DNA of 32,000 nucleotides, from assembly GCF_042660085.1 (NCBI RefSeq), contig NZ_JBHSTI010000002.1, forward strand, positions 1-32,000, written 5' to 3'. Each line of letters starts with the position of its first letter. Position 1 is the stretch's first letter. Below the pieces are notes generated by a model, which ran no database searches, was not told the DNA's origin, and saw only the letters and a list, made by a program, of their open reading frames with translations. Positions 23,608-32,000 of the stretch are shown piece after piece. A program made the translations under genes and the position numbers. The stretch is from Longivirga aurantiaca. Lineage in GTDB: Bacteria; Actinomycetota; Actinomycetes; S36-B12; CAIYMF01.

Positions 23608-24759
23608 CTACGTGCGCGGGTCCGTAGGGAGGAAGACGCCGCTGCCCGGCCACGGCCCGGCGGTCGGCGGTGCCGGTTGCGCGGGCTCCGGTGCGTCGTC
23701 GGCAGGCAGCACGTCGGTGGCCTGCGGCGGCACGTACGGCGGCGGCGCGAGGTACCCGCCCTGCTCCGGTGCTGCCGGTGCGACGTACGACGCGGGAACG
23801 GCGAAGCGCGGGTCGGCGGGGGTCGGGGTGTCGAACGGGTGGGGCGGCACGAACCGGGTGTCCGCCTCGGTCATGGCGAACGTCCAGGTGGGGGCGTCGC
23901 CGGCGTACGCCGGATCCGGGCCGCCGAGCAGGGGCGGCAGCACCCAGGTGCCGACGCCGGGGGTCGGCAGGCCGGCGGCGTAGCGGTAGAGCACGGTGCG
24001 CAGGTAGACCGAGGTCGCCTGCCAGCACGCCATCACGACGAACCCGCCGACGAGCGCGACCACGATCATCACGAGGCCCAAGCCGGTCGTGAGCCCCTCG
24101 TGCTTGCGCACGCCGTCGACGAACGCGAACAGCCCCATCAGGCCGACGGCGAGCACCGCGAGCCAGAGCAGCACGTAGACGATGCCGAGGCGGATGGTGG
24201 CGCGCACGTTCGACCCGAACTTCGAGGTGAGCACGTTGCCCGAGCGCCTGATGGTCTCGAACGGCATCGTGCCCTCGGCCATGATCACGGGGATCGCGAA
24301 CCACGTCGCGACCGCCCACCCCACGCCGGCGAGCAGCCGCACGATCTGCCCAGCGATTCCGAAGCGCTCGAGCTGGCGCAGCGCGACGCCCACCACGGTC
24401 GAGAGCGCCGCCCACGCGATGAGCTGCGCACGCCGCTCCCACGCCGCCGCGAGCGCCGACCGAAAGGTCGGGTCGCCGCCGTCCGCGCGCTGCATCGCCG
24501 CGGCGACGACGGCGCCGAGGAAGAACGTCGACACGAGGGTGGAGGCGAAGAGCGCGAGCGCGTAGACGATCACGCTCGACCAGTCGCCACGACCATCGGT
24601 CGGCAGACCGAAGACGGCGTAGAGCGGGAGCGCGACCAGTGCGAAGGCGACGGAGGCGGCGAGGCTCCCGACCACCAGCAGCGCGATGATCGACGGGTCG
24701 CGCTTGAGCAGAGCCCAGGACGCCTCGACCAGCGGCTTGCCCGCGAGCGTCGTAGCCAT
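23608..24759 (-). CDS. Polytopic membrane protein of unknown function with proline-rich tail
   Basis: MATTLAGKPLVEASWALLKRDPSIIALLVVGSLAASVAFALVALPLYAVF..., about six transmembrane segments, high GC3, good start. Confidence 0.8.
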   Translation of the reverse strand: MATTLAGKPLVEASWALLKRDPSIIALLVVGSLAASVAFALVALPLYAVFGLPTDGRGDWSSVIVYALALFASTLVSTFFLGAVVAAAMQRADGGDPTFRSALAAAWERRAQLIAWAALSTVVGVALRQLERFGIAGQIVRLLAGVGWAVATWFAIPVIMAEGTMPFETIRRSGNVLTSKFGSNVRATIRLGIVYVLLWLAVLAVGLMGLFAFVDGVRKHEGLTTGLGLVMIVVALVGGFVVMACWQATSVYLRTVLYRYAAGLPTPGVGTWVLPPLLGGPDPAYAGDAPTWTFAMTEADTRFVPPHPFDTPTPADPRFAVPASYVAPAAPEQGGYLAPPPYVPPQATDVLPADDAPEPAQPAPPTAGPWPGSGVFLPTDPRT

Positions 24760-24818
24760 GCGCGCCTATCGACCTGTTCGGGCGGCGCCTGAACCCGCCG
24801 CCCGGGCGACGGTTCCCG

Positions 24819-24860
24819 CTGGATGCCCGAGAGGCACCGAGAGGCTTGTCAGGCATCCAG
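24819..24860 (-). terminator. Putative terminator hairpin downstream of the aminotransferase gene
   Basis: CTGGATGCC ... GGCATCCAG, 9-bp perfect stem, 24-nt loop. Confidence 0.45.
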
Positions 24861-24865
24861 AGCGG

Positions 24866-26038
24866 CTAGGGCAGGGCGCGGGCGAGGCGGTCGAGGGCCT
24901 CGTGCAGCACCTCGGGGCGCTTGCAGAAGGCCCAGCGCACGTAGGGCGCGCCGTTCGTCGGGTCGTCGTGGAACACCTGCTGCGGGATCGCGACGACGCC
25001 TGCGCGGGAGGGGAGGTCGCGGCAGAAGGCGAGGCCGTCGGCATACGCGGTCGGCCCCACGTCGGTCGTCACGTAGTAGGTGCCCTCGGACGGCGTCACC
25101 GCGAACCCGAGACCGATGAGGCCGGCCGACAGGAGGTCGCGCTTGCTCTGCATGTCGGCCGCGAACGAGCGCCAGTGCTCGTCGGGGAGAGCGAGCCCGT
25201 CGGCCACCGCCCACTGGAACGGGCCGCCCGACACGAAGCTCATGTGCTGGCGCACCACGCGGACCGCATGGATCAGGTCGCTCGGCCCGGTGGCCCAGCC
25301 GACCTTCCAGCCCGTCATCGACAGCGACTTGCCAGCGCTTCCCAGCGTGACGGTGCGCTCGGCCATGCCGGGCAGCGTCGCGAACGGCACGTGCTCGTGG
25401 CCGGTGAACACGATGTGCTCGTAGACCTCGTCGCTGATCACGAGCAGGTCGTGCTCGGCCACGACGTCCGCGATCGCGGTGAGCTCCTCGCGCGTGAACA
25501 CCACGCCCGTCGGGTTGTGCGGCGAGTTGAGCAGCAGCAGGCGCGTGCGCGGCGTGATGGCGGCGCGCAGCGCGTCGACGTCGGGGCGGAACGTGCCGGG
25601 GGTAAGAGGCACCTCGCGGCGTACGCCGTTCGCGAGCGAGATGCCGGCGGCGTACACGTCGAACCACGGCGCGAACATCACGACCTCGTCGCCCGTATCG
25701 ACCAGCGCGAGCAGCGTTGCCACGATCGCCTCGCTGGCCCCGGTGGCGACGCAGACGTCGGCGGTCCAGTCCAGCTCGATGCCGTAGAAGCGCCGCTGGT
25801 GCTCGGCGATCGCGCGCCGCAGCTCGGGCAGGCCGTGCACGGGCGGGTACTGGTTGCCGCGGCCGTCCTGGATCGCGCGGATGGCGGCGTCCTTCACCGA
25901 CTGCGGGCCGTCGGTGTCGGGGAACCCCTGGCCGAGGTTGACCGAGCCGGTCTCGACGGCCAGCGTGCTCATCTCGCCGAAGATGCTGGCGGCGTGCTCG
26001 CGCATGCGGGGCACGAGAGGCGGCACGCGTCGGGTCAC
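24866..26038 (-). CDS. Pyridoxal phosphate-dependent aminotransferase, class I/II
   Basis: SVNLGQGFPDTDGP, GNQYPPVHGLPELRRAIAEH, LNSPHNPTGVVFTREEL, ISDEVYEHIVF, TLGSAGKSLSMTGWKVGW (PLP lysine). Confidence 0.95.
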   Translation of the reverse strand: MTRRVPPLVPRMREHAASIFGEMSTLAVETGSVNLGQGFPDTDGPQSVKDAAIRAIQDGRGNQYPPVHGLPELRRAIAEHQRRFYGIELDWTADVCVATGASEAIVATLLALVDTGDEVVMFAPWFDVYAAGISLANGVRREVPLTPGTFRPDVDALRAAITPRTRLLLLNSPHNPTGVVFTREELTAIADVVAEHDLLVISDEVYEHIVFTGHEHVPFATLPGMAERTVTLGSAGKSLSMTGWKVGWATGPSDLIHAVRVVRQHMSFVSGGPFQWAVADGLALPDEHWRSFAADMQSKRDLLSAGLIGLGFAVTPSEGTYYVTTDVGPTAYADGLAFCRDLPSRAGVVAIPQQVFHDDPTNGAPYVRWAFCKRPEVLHEALDRLARALP

Positions 26039-26123
26039 GTCGCAGAGGCTACGACCCCACGCTCCTGCGAGCACCGCGCTACTCGTGCGACCCGGCCGTG
26101 GCGGGTGCGACAGGATGCGACGC

Positions 26124-26867
26124 ATGGCGACAGTGGTGGTGACGGGCGGCTCGCGCGGGATCGGGGCCGCGACCTGCGTGGCGGTGGCCGAGGCGGGCTG
26201 GGACGTCGTCGTCGACTACGTGCGCGACGTCGGGGCCGCGGCCGACGTCGTACGCCGGGTCGAGGCGCTCGGGCGCCGCGCGGTCGCCGTCCAGGCCGAC
26301 GTCCGCGACGCCGAGTCGGTCGAGCGGCTGTTCGCCGCCGCCGACGCGTTCGGCGGCCCGCTGGTGGGCCTGGTCAACAACGCCGGCATCTCGGGCGGCT
26401 TCGCCCGCGTCGACACCGTCACCCAGCAGCAGCTCGACGACGTGCTCGGGGTCAACGTGGCCGGCCCGTTCCTCTGCTGCGGCGCCGCCGTGCGCCGGAT
26501 GTCCACGGCCCACGGCGGCAGCGGTGGCTCGATCGTCAACGTGTCCTCGCGCGCGGCGGTGCTCGGCAGCGCCGGCGAGTGGGTGCACTACGCCGCGAGC
26601 AAGGCGGCGGTCGACACGCTCACGGTCGGCCTGTCCCAGGAGGTCGCGACCGAGGGGATCCGTGTGAACGCCGTCGCGGTCGGCCTGGTCGACACCGACC
26701 TGCACGCCGCCGCCGGCGAGCCCGGACGTCCGGACCGCATGCGCCCGACGATCCCGATGAAGCGATCCGGCACGCCCGAGGAGGTCGCAGCAGCGATCGT
26801 GTGGCTGCTCGGCGACTCCTCGTCGTACACCACCGGCACCGTCCTCGCCGTCTCCGGCGGCCGCTGA
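26124..26867 (+). CDS. SDR family oxidoreductase (FabG-like)
   Basis: VVVTGGSRGIGAATCVAVAEAG, LVNNAGISGGF, SIVNVSSRAAVLGSAGEWVHYAASKAAVDTLTVGLSQEVATEGIRVNAVAVG. Confidence 0.95.
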   Translation: MATVVVTGGSRGIGAATCVAVAEAGWDVVVDYVRDVGAAADVVRRVEALGRRAVAVQADVRDAESVERLFAAADAFGGPLVGLVNNAGISGGFARVDTVTQQQLDDVLGVNVAGPFLCCGAAVRRMSTAHGGSGGSIVNVSSRAAVLGSAGEWVHYAASKAAVDTLTVGLSQEVATEGIRVNAVAVGLVDTDLHAAAGEPGRPDRMRPTIPMKRSGTPEEVAAAIVWLLGDSSSYTTGTVLAVSGGR

Positions 26868-26873
26868 AGTCCC

Positions 26874-26935
26874 CGAGTTACTGCCCAAACGGTCGCAGAG
26901 CAGGCCGGTTCAACGACCGTTTGGGCAGTAACTCG
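26874..26935. terminator. Perfect 22-bp inverted repeat (27 bp with one mismatch), 18-nt loop, between two SDR genes
   Basis: CGAGTTACTGCCCAAACGGTCG ... CGACCGTTTGGGCAGTAACTCG. Confidence 0.6.
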
Positions 26936-26957
26936 CGGACGGGGTGAGGATGGGGGC

Positions 26958-27740
26958 ATGACCACGGCACTCGTCACGGGCGGCACGGCAGGGATCGGCG
27001 CGGAGTTCGCTCGGCAGCTGGCGGCACGGGGCGACGACCTCGTGCTCGTCGCACGGGACGGCGAGCGCCTCGCGGCCTTCGCCGCCGAGCTCGAGCAGCG
27101 TCACCGCGTCGCGGTCGAGGTGCTCGTCGCCGACCTCACCGACCCCGCCCAGCTCGCGCTCGTCGAGGCGCGCCTCGCGGACGACACCCGCCCGGTCGAC
27201 CTGCTCGTCAACAACGCAGGGTTCGGCGTCAACCAGGTCTTCGTCGGCGGAGACCTCGACGCCGAGCAGCGCATGCTCGACGTCCTCGTCACCGCCGTCA
27301 TGCGCCTCAGCCACGCCGCCCTCCCCGGCATGGTCGCGCGCGGCATGGGCGGCGTGGTCAACGTCAGCAGCGTCGCGAGCTTCATCGCCGGCGGCAGCTA
27401 CAGCGCCGCGAAGTCGTGGGTCACCGTCTTCTCCGAGTCGGTCAACCGGCAGCTCGACGGCACCGGCGTCACCGTCACCGCGCTCTGCCCCGGCTTCACG
27501 CACACCGAGTTCCACCAGCGGGCCGAGATGGACGTCGACCACCTGCCGGACTGGTTGTGGCTCGACGCCCCCGACGTCGTGCGCTCGGCGCTGGCCGACT
27601 TCCGCCGCGGAAAGCCGGTGTCGGTGCCCGGGGCGCAGTACAAGGCGCTGTCCGCGCTGGCGCGCTACCTGCCGCGGCCGATCGTCCGCCGCGCGAGCGC
27701 CGTACGAGGCCCCGACCGCCTCGGTCGCGGTACGCCGTAG
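26958..27740 (+). CDS. SDR family NAD(P)-dependent oxidoreductase
   Basis: ALVTGGTAGIGAEFARQLAARG, LLVNNAGFGVNQ, GVVNVSSVASFIAGGSYSAAKSWV. Confidence 0.94.
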   Translation: MTTALVTGGTAGIGAEFARQLAARGDDLVLVARDGERLAAFAAELEQRHRVAVEVLVADLTDPAQLALVEARLADDTRPVDLLVNNAGFGVNQVFVGGDLDAEQRMLDVLVTAVMRLSHAALPGMVARGMGGVVNVSSVASFIAGGSYSAAKSWVTVFSESVNRQLDGTGVTVTALCPGFTHTEFHQRAEMDVDHLPDWLWLDAPDVVRSALADFRRGKPVSVPGAQYKALSALARYLPRPIVRRASAVRGPDRLGRGTP

Positions 27741-27857
27741 GAACCCCCGAGGCTCCCCGCTCGTCGCTCCTGGTGACGGCTCACGTGCTCCACATGCGGC
27801 GCACAGGACACCGTGATGTGCTCTCGAGCACCGACACACCTGCGGAGGATGGACACC

Positions 27858-28193
27858 ATGGAGTGCCCGAAGTGCCACGCCCCCATGCGCACCTATGAGC
27901 GCAACGGGATCCACATCGACCAGTGCACCGAGTGCCGCGGCGTCTTCCTCGACCGCGGCGAGCTCGACCACCTGATCTCGCTCGAGGCGGCGCAGGCCGA
28001 GCCCGCACCCGCGCCGGCACCTGCGGCGGCGGCCCCGGCGTACGCACCGCAGCAGCAGCAGCAGCCGCAGCCGCAGGCCTACCCCCAGCAGGGCTACCAG
28101 CAGCCGGGGTACCAGCAGCAGGGCTACCAGCAGGGGTACGGCGGCAAGCCCTACAAGAAGCGCAAGAACTTCCTCGAGGAGCTCTTCGACTAG
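27858..28193 (+). CDS. zf-TFIIB (zinc ribbon) domain protein with Gln/Tyr/Pro-rich linker
   Basis: MECPKCHAPMRTYERNGIHIDQCTECRGVFLDRGELDHLI then QQQQQPQPQAYPQQGYQQPGYQQQGYQQGYGG and basic/acidic tail; GGAGG upstream. Confidence 0.88.
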   Translation: MECPKCHAPMRTYERNGIHIDQCTECRGVFLDRGELDHLISLEAAQAEPAPAPAPAAAAPAYAPQQQQQPQPQAYPQQGYQQPGYQQQGYQQGYGGKPYKKRKNFLEELFD

Positions 28194-28203
28194 GTCGGCG
28201 CGC

Positions 28204-28722
28204 TCACGCGGAGACGATGCCCGCGATCGCGTCGGCCACGGTGCCGGGCCAGGCGTCGGGCACCTCGACGATGTCCCACCCGCGCAGGCGCGCCTGGTTG
28301 GTCTCGAGCGGATCCGCCGCGGGCGAGGCCACGAACACGACCGGCGCGTCCGGCCAGTCGCCGCCGCGCGACTCGGCGGGCGGGACGGCGGCGTCGACGA
28401 GCACGTAGCCCGACACCGCGCGGCGCGACGCCTTCTGCGAGAACCCGAGAGCCGGCGCCAGGGCACCGGCCGAGCCCGCCAGCACCAGCAGCACCGGGGC
28501 GACCGTTCCCCCGGTGGCCAGCCCGATCGCGAGGTGCGCCACCCAGTGCGCCGTCGCGGTGCGCTCGTCGTCCTCGGGCGCGGCGTCCGGGACGTGCGGC
28601 GACATCACGCGCACGCCGGCGAGACGAGGGTCGTCGAGCAGGGCGTCGGCGACGTCCGCGACGTCGACGACGGCCGGGGCGCCCGGCAGGGGAGGGCAGA
28701 GGACGACGCTGGCGGTGGTCAC
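28204..28722 (-). CDS. Hypothetical protein, possibly alpha/beta-hydrolase-like fold
   Basis: ASVVLCPPLPG...PVLLVLAGSAGALAPALGFSQKASRRAVSGYVLVDAAVP...; high GC3, fits between convergent/divergent neighbours. Confidence 0.6.
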   Translation of the reverse strand: MTTASVVLCPPLPGAPAVVDVADVADALLDDPRLAGVRVMSPHVPDAAPEDDERTATAHWVAHLAIGLATGGTVAPVLLVLAGSAGALAPALGFSQKASRRAVSGYVLVDAAVPPAESRGGDWPDAPVVFVASPAADPLETNQARLRGWDIVEVPDAWPGTVADAIAGIVSA

Positions 28723-28766
28723 CCGCCCAGCCTGCCTCACCGGGGACGCCGATACCCTCTCGACTC

Positions 28767-29309
28767 GTGACGAGCCTCGATCGCGACCAGCTGCGCCAGG
28801 ACATCCTCGACAAGGCCGTGGTCCACGGCCGCGTCGTGCTCTCGAGCGGCAAGGAGGCCGACTACTACGTCGACCTGCGCCGCGTGACCCTCGACGGCGC
28901 CACGGCGCCGCTCGTGGGCCGGGTGATGCTCGACCTCACGAGCCACCTCGACTACGACGCCGTCGGGGGACTCACGCTCGGCGCCGACCCGGTCGCGACG
29001 GCGATGCTGCACGCGGCCGCCGCCGAGGGCCGCACGCTGGACGCGTTCGTCGTCCGCAAGAGCGAGAAGGCGCACGGCCTGCAGCGCCGCATCGAGGGCC
29101 CGGACGTCGCGGGCCGTCGCGTGCTCGCCGTCGAGGACACCTCGACCACGGGCGGCTCGGTGCTCACCGCGGTCGAGGCGCTCCGCGAGGCCGGTGCCGA
29201 GGTGGTCGGTGTCGCGGTCATCGTCGAGCGAGGCGCCGCCCCGAAGGTGGAGGAGGCCGGTCTGCCGTACCTCGCGGCGTACTCCCTCACCGACCTCGGC
29301 CTCGCCTGA
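28767..29309 (+). CDS. pyrE: Orotate phosphoribosyltransferase
   Basis: SSGKEADYYVDLRRVTLDG..., VVRKSEKAHGLQRRIEGPDVAGRRVLAVEDTSTTGGSVLTAVEALREAGAEVVG. Confidence 0.95.
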   Translation: MTSLDRDQLRQDILDKAVVHGRVVLSSGKEADYYVDLRRVTLDGATAPLVGRVMLDLTSHLDYDAVGGLTLGADPVATAMLHAAAAEGRTLDAFVVRKSEKAHGLQRRIEGPDVAGRRVLAVEDTSTTGGSVLTAVEALREAGAEVVGVAVIVERGAAPKVEEAGLPYLAAYSLTDLGLA

Positions 29310-29445
29310 CTCCTCCGCACGGGGGACGACGTCACCCTCGCGGACCCCTCGTCACCCGATCGGAGCAACCGAGGCCGTGACCGTGCGAGCACTCTCAGCG
29401 ATAGCGCTCTCGTAGGGGACGGGTGCAGCGACGCAAGGGGCGGCC

Positions 29446-30105
29446 ATGGCGACGGAGGCACAGGCGACCACGCTCGCCGGCCTGGGCCATGCCCGGCCGC
29501 TGTCCCGACGTCCGCTCGCCCAGTGGATCGTCGCCCACACCCGACGCGGCCGCCTGAAGCGCTATGCGCGCGCCATGGGCTGGTACCTCACTACCGACGG
29601 GGTGCTCGTCGGCGACGTCGAGGGCATCGCGATCCGGGCGTACGAGGACCGCAAGCACATCGCCGTGGTCGAGCTCGTCGCGCCTGCCGTGCTCCCGCGC
29701 TTCGAGGTGCGGCAGCGCGAGAAGAGCACGCCGCAGATCGGCGACGGCATGCGCGAGGTGCACACCGGTGACGCGCACTTCGACGCCTGCTACTCGCTGC
29801 GCGCCGAGGAGCCGTGGCTGATCCGCGCGATCGTCGACTCCTCTGTGCGCCAGTCGCTCGTGGCCGCACCCGTGCAGTCGATCACCGCGGTGGGGGACAG
29901 GCTGGTCTCGCGCGGAGGGTCAGGGCTCGACCCGCTCGACCTGCTCGCGCGCGGGACGGCGCTTCGCACGCTGCTGCAAGCCGTGCCCTGGGAGGCGTAC
30001 CCCGACCGTCGCACGATCCCGACCCAGGCCGCGGTCTACGAGGTCGTGCGCGAGCGGCAGATGCGTCCGGTCGAGCCGCTGCCATCCGTGGGGCGCCGGG
30101 CCTGA
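29446..30105 (+). CDS. Hypothetical protein
   Basis: Complete 219-aa ORF with GC-rich third positions; no family recognised. Confidence 0.65.
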   Translation: MATEAQATTLAGLGHARPLSRRPLAQWIVAHTRRGRLKRYARAMGWYLTTDGVLVGDVEGIAIRAYEDRKHIAVVELVAPAVLPRFEVRQREKSTPQIGDGMREVHTGDAHFDACYSLRAEEPWLIRAIVDSSVRQSLVAAPVQSITAVGDRLVSRGGSGLDPLDLLARGTALRTLLQAVPWEAYPDRRTIPTQAAVYEVVRERQMRPVEPLPSVGRRA

Positions 30106-30126
30106 CCGTCGGGGATCCCCTGTGGC

Positions 30127-30831
30127 TCAGGCGCTCTCGGCCTCATCGGCGGAGGCCGGCGCCGGGGTGGAGGCGGCCATGCGGCGCGCGTGCCACCACT
30201 CGTAGCCGGCGGGCAGCAGGGAGAGCACCACGATGAGGATCGCGATGACCTCGATGTTGTTCTTGACCCAGGGGATGTCCCCGAGCAGGTAGCCGAGCAG
30301 CGTCACGCCGCCGGCCCAGATGACGCCGCCGATGCTGGAGTAGATGAGGAACTGGCGGAAGTCCATCTTGCCGACGCCCGCCAGCAGCGTGATGAAGGTG
30401 CGGACGATCGGCACGAAGCGCGCCAGGATGATCGAGCGCGGGCCGTACTTCTCGAAGAAGGCGTGCGTCTTGTCGACGTTCGCGGGCGTCAGGAACCTCG
30501 CGTCCGGGTTCTTGAACAGCGCAGGCCCGGACTTGCGACCGATCCAGTAGCCCGAGACGTTCCCCGCGATCGCGGCGATGGTGAGCAGGACGCAGGCGAC
30601 CCAGATGTTGACGTCGATCGTCCCGGCGCCGATGAACAGACCCGTGACGAACAGCAACGAGTCGCCCGGCAGGAAGAACATGAGGAGCCCGCACTCCACG
30701 AACACGATCACCAGCACGGCGACGAACGCCCAGGTGCCGAAGCGTTCGAGGATGGCCTCGGGCTGCAGCCAGCTCGGTCCGATGGCGAGGGTCCAGGTCA
30801 GGTGATCCAGCACAGGACGAGGGTAGGTCAC
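30127..30831 (-). CDS. DedA family membrane protein (VTT domain)
   Basis: ECGLLMFFLPGDSLLFVTGLF, GNVSGYWIGRKSG, FFEKYGPRSIILARFVPIVRTFITLLAGVGKMDFRQF. Confidence 0.93.
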   Translation of the reverse strand: MTYPRPVLDHLTWTLAIGPSWLQPEAILERFGTWAFVAVLVIVFVECGLLMFFLPGDSLLFVTGLFIGAGTIDVNIWVACVLLTIAAIAGNVSGYWIGRKSGPALFKNPDARFLTPANVDKTHAFFEKYGPRSIILARFVPIVRTFITLLAGVGKMDFRQFLIYSSIGGVIWAGGVTLLGYLLGDIPWVKNNIEVIAILIVVLSLLPAGYEWWHARRMAASTPAPASADEAESA

Positions 30832-31508
30832 GCAGGCGGGGCGCTCTGACCACCGGGCTGCGACTCGGCTGAGGATCCCGTGCCAGGGTCGGTCGAGGCC
30901 GGCGCCGTACGTCGTGCCCTCCGGGCGCGTGCGGCACCCCCCAGGACCGTGACGACGGTGGCTGCGATGGCGATCGCGGCGGCGGCGTAGGCGATGTCGC
31001 GCAGGACCGGCACCTGGTAGGCGAAGTAGCCGAGCACCGGCAGGCCGACCGCCCAGGGGAGGGCCCCGACGATGTTGGCCGACGTGAAGGCACGCCGGTC
31101 CATGGCCGCGGTGCCCGCGATGATCGGGATGAACGTGCGCACCCAGGGGATCCAGCGCGCCACGACCACGGAGAGCCAGCCGTACTTGTCGTAGAAGCGC
31201 TCGGCGCGCCTCAGCTGCTCCTTGGCGCGGCCCTTCTCGCGGTTCTCCACCCAGTCGCGGCCGAACCGCTTCCCCGTCGTGTAGCCGACCTCGTTGCCGA
31301 TGACTGCGGCGAGGAAGGCGCCCGTCACGAGGACGTAGATGTTGACGTCGCTGTTCGGCGAGGCGGCCACGAGCCCGGCGCCGAACAGGATCGTGTCGCC
31401 GGGGAGCAGGAAGCCGAGCAGCAGCGCGCACTCGGCGAACAGGAACCCCCACAGCACGGCGTACACGGCGATGGCGCCGAGCGACGACAGGTCAGGGCCT
31501 TCCCACAC
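30828..31508 (-). CDS. DedA family membrane protein (VTT domain)
   Basis: ECALLLGFLLPGDTILFGAGL, GNEVGYTTGKRFG, FYDKYGWLSVVVARWIPWVRTFIPIIAGTAAMDRRAF; overlaps the next gene by 4 nt. Confidence 0.92.
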   Translation of the reverse strand: MWEGPDLSSLGAIAVYAVLWGFLFAECALLLGFLLPGDTILFGAGLVAASPNSDVNIYVLVTGAFLAAVIGNEVGYTTGKRFGRDWVENREKGRAKEQLRRAERFYDKYGWLSVVVARWIPWVRTFIPIIAGTAAMDRRAFTSANIVGALPWAVGLPVLGYFAYQVPVLRDIAYAAAAIAIAATVVTVLGGAARARRARRTAPASTDPGTGSSAESQPGGQSAPPA

Positions 31509-31531
31509 GCCCCCGAGCCTAGGCTGACGGC

Positions 31532-32000
31532 GTGGATACGCCTGCCGACCCCGAGCCGGACTCCCCGGCGGCGGAGGTCGGGGTGGGGCCGCACCCGCTG
31601 CCGTGGCCGGACGACGACCGGCTCGACCCCCAGCTGCTGCGCGACGGCGACCGGCGCAACGTGGTCGACCGCTACCGGTACTGGACGGTCGAGGCGATCG
31701 TCGCCGACCTCGACACGACCCGGCACCCGTTCCACGTGGCCATCGAGAACCTCGCGCATGACTTCAACATCGGGTCCGTCGTACGCACGGCCAACGCGTT
31801 CAACGCGTCGTCCGTGCGGGTGGTCGGCCGCAAGCGCTGGAACCGCCGCGGCGCGATGGTGACCGACCGCTACCTGCACGTCGAGCACCACGATGACGCG
31901 GCCGCACTGGCTGCGTGGGCGGCCGCGGCCGGGATCCCGGTGGTCGGCGTCGACAACCTGCCCGGCTCGGTGCCGCTCGAGACGTTCGACCTCCCGCGGG
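31532..32000 (+). CDS. SpoU/TrmH family RNA methyltransferase, 3'-truncated by window edge
   Basis: FHVAIENLAHDFNIGSVVRTANAFNASSVRVVGRKRWNRRGAMVTDRYLHVEHHDD; GTG start at 31532. Confidence 0.88.
   Translation, partial: MDTPADPEPDSPAAEVGVGPHPLPWPDDDRLDPQLLRDGDRRNVVDRYRYWTVEAIVADLDTTRHPFHVAIENLAHDFNIGSVVRTANAFNASSVRVVGRKRWNRRGAMVTDRYLHVEHHDDAAALAAWAAAAGIPVVGVDNLPGSVPLETFDLPR

Noticed and set aside
28050-28145. CAG-rich tandem repeats considered as a possible CRISPR or minisatellite array
   Set aside because: In frame within the zinc-ribbon gene and encodes the Gln-rich linker; no spacer organisation.
29376-29420. Short repeats gagcactctc / gcgctctcg after pyrE
   Set aside because: Short and imperfect; consistent with chance.

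Overview
High-GC actinobacterial chromosomal window. Most of it (about 6.2-32 kb) is ordinary core sequence: tRNA-Gly, a FUSC-type membrane protein, dcd, a META-like lipoprotein, a VOC protein, an MFS exporter with a divergent ArsR-type regulator, an acyltransferase-3/SGNH protein, an Rv0338c-like Fe-S reductase, the complete dnaK-grpE-dnaJ-hspR-clpB heat-shock cluster with an upstream HAIR-like operator, a PLP aminotransferase, two SDR enzymes, a zinc-ribbon Gln-rich protein, pyrE, two overlapping DedA genes and a partial SpoU/TrmH methyltransferase. The accessory-looking part is about 0.45-6.2 kb, directly on the 3' side of tRNA-Gly(CCC). It holds decayed IS110, IS3 and IS1380 transposase remnants flanking an intact, translationally overlapping TetR / amidohydrolase / acyl-CoA ligase operon with a perfect 22-bp palindrome in front. 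No CRISPR array, recognisable defence system, retron or phage module was seen. The best leads are the island-like catabolic operon with its candidate operator, several long perfect intergenic inverted repeats, and gene fragments truncated next to IS remnants. I do not claim a novel system.
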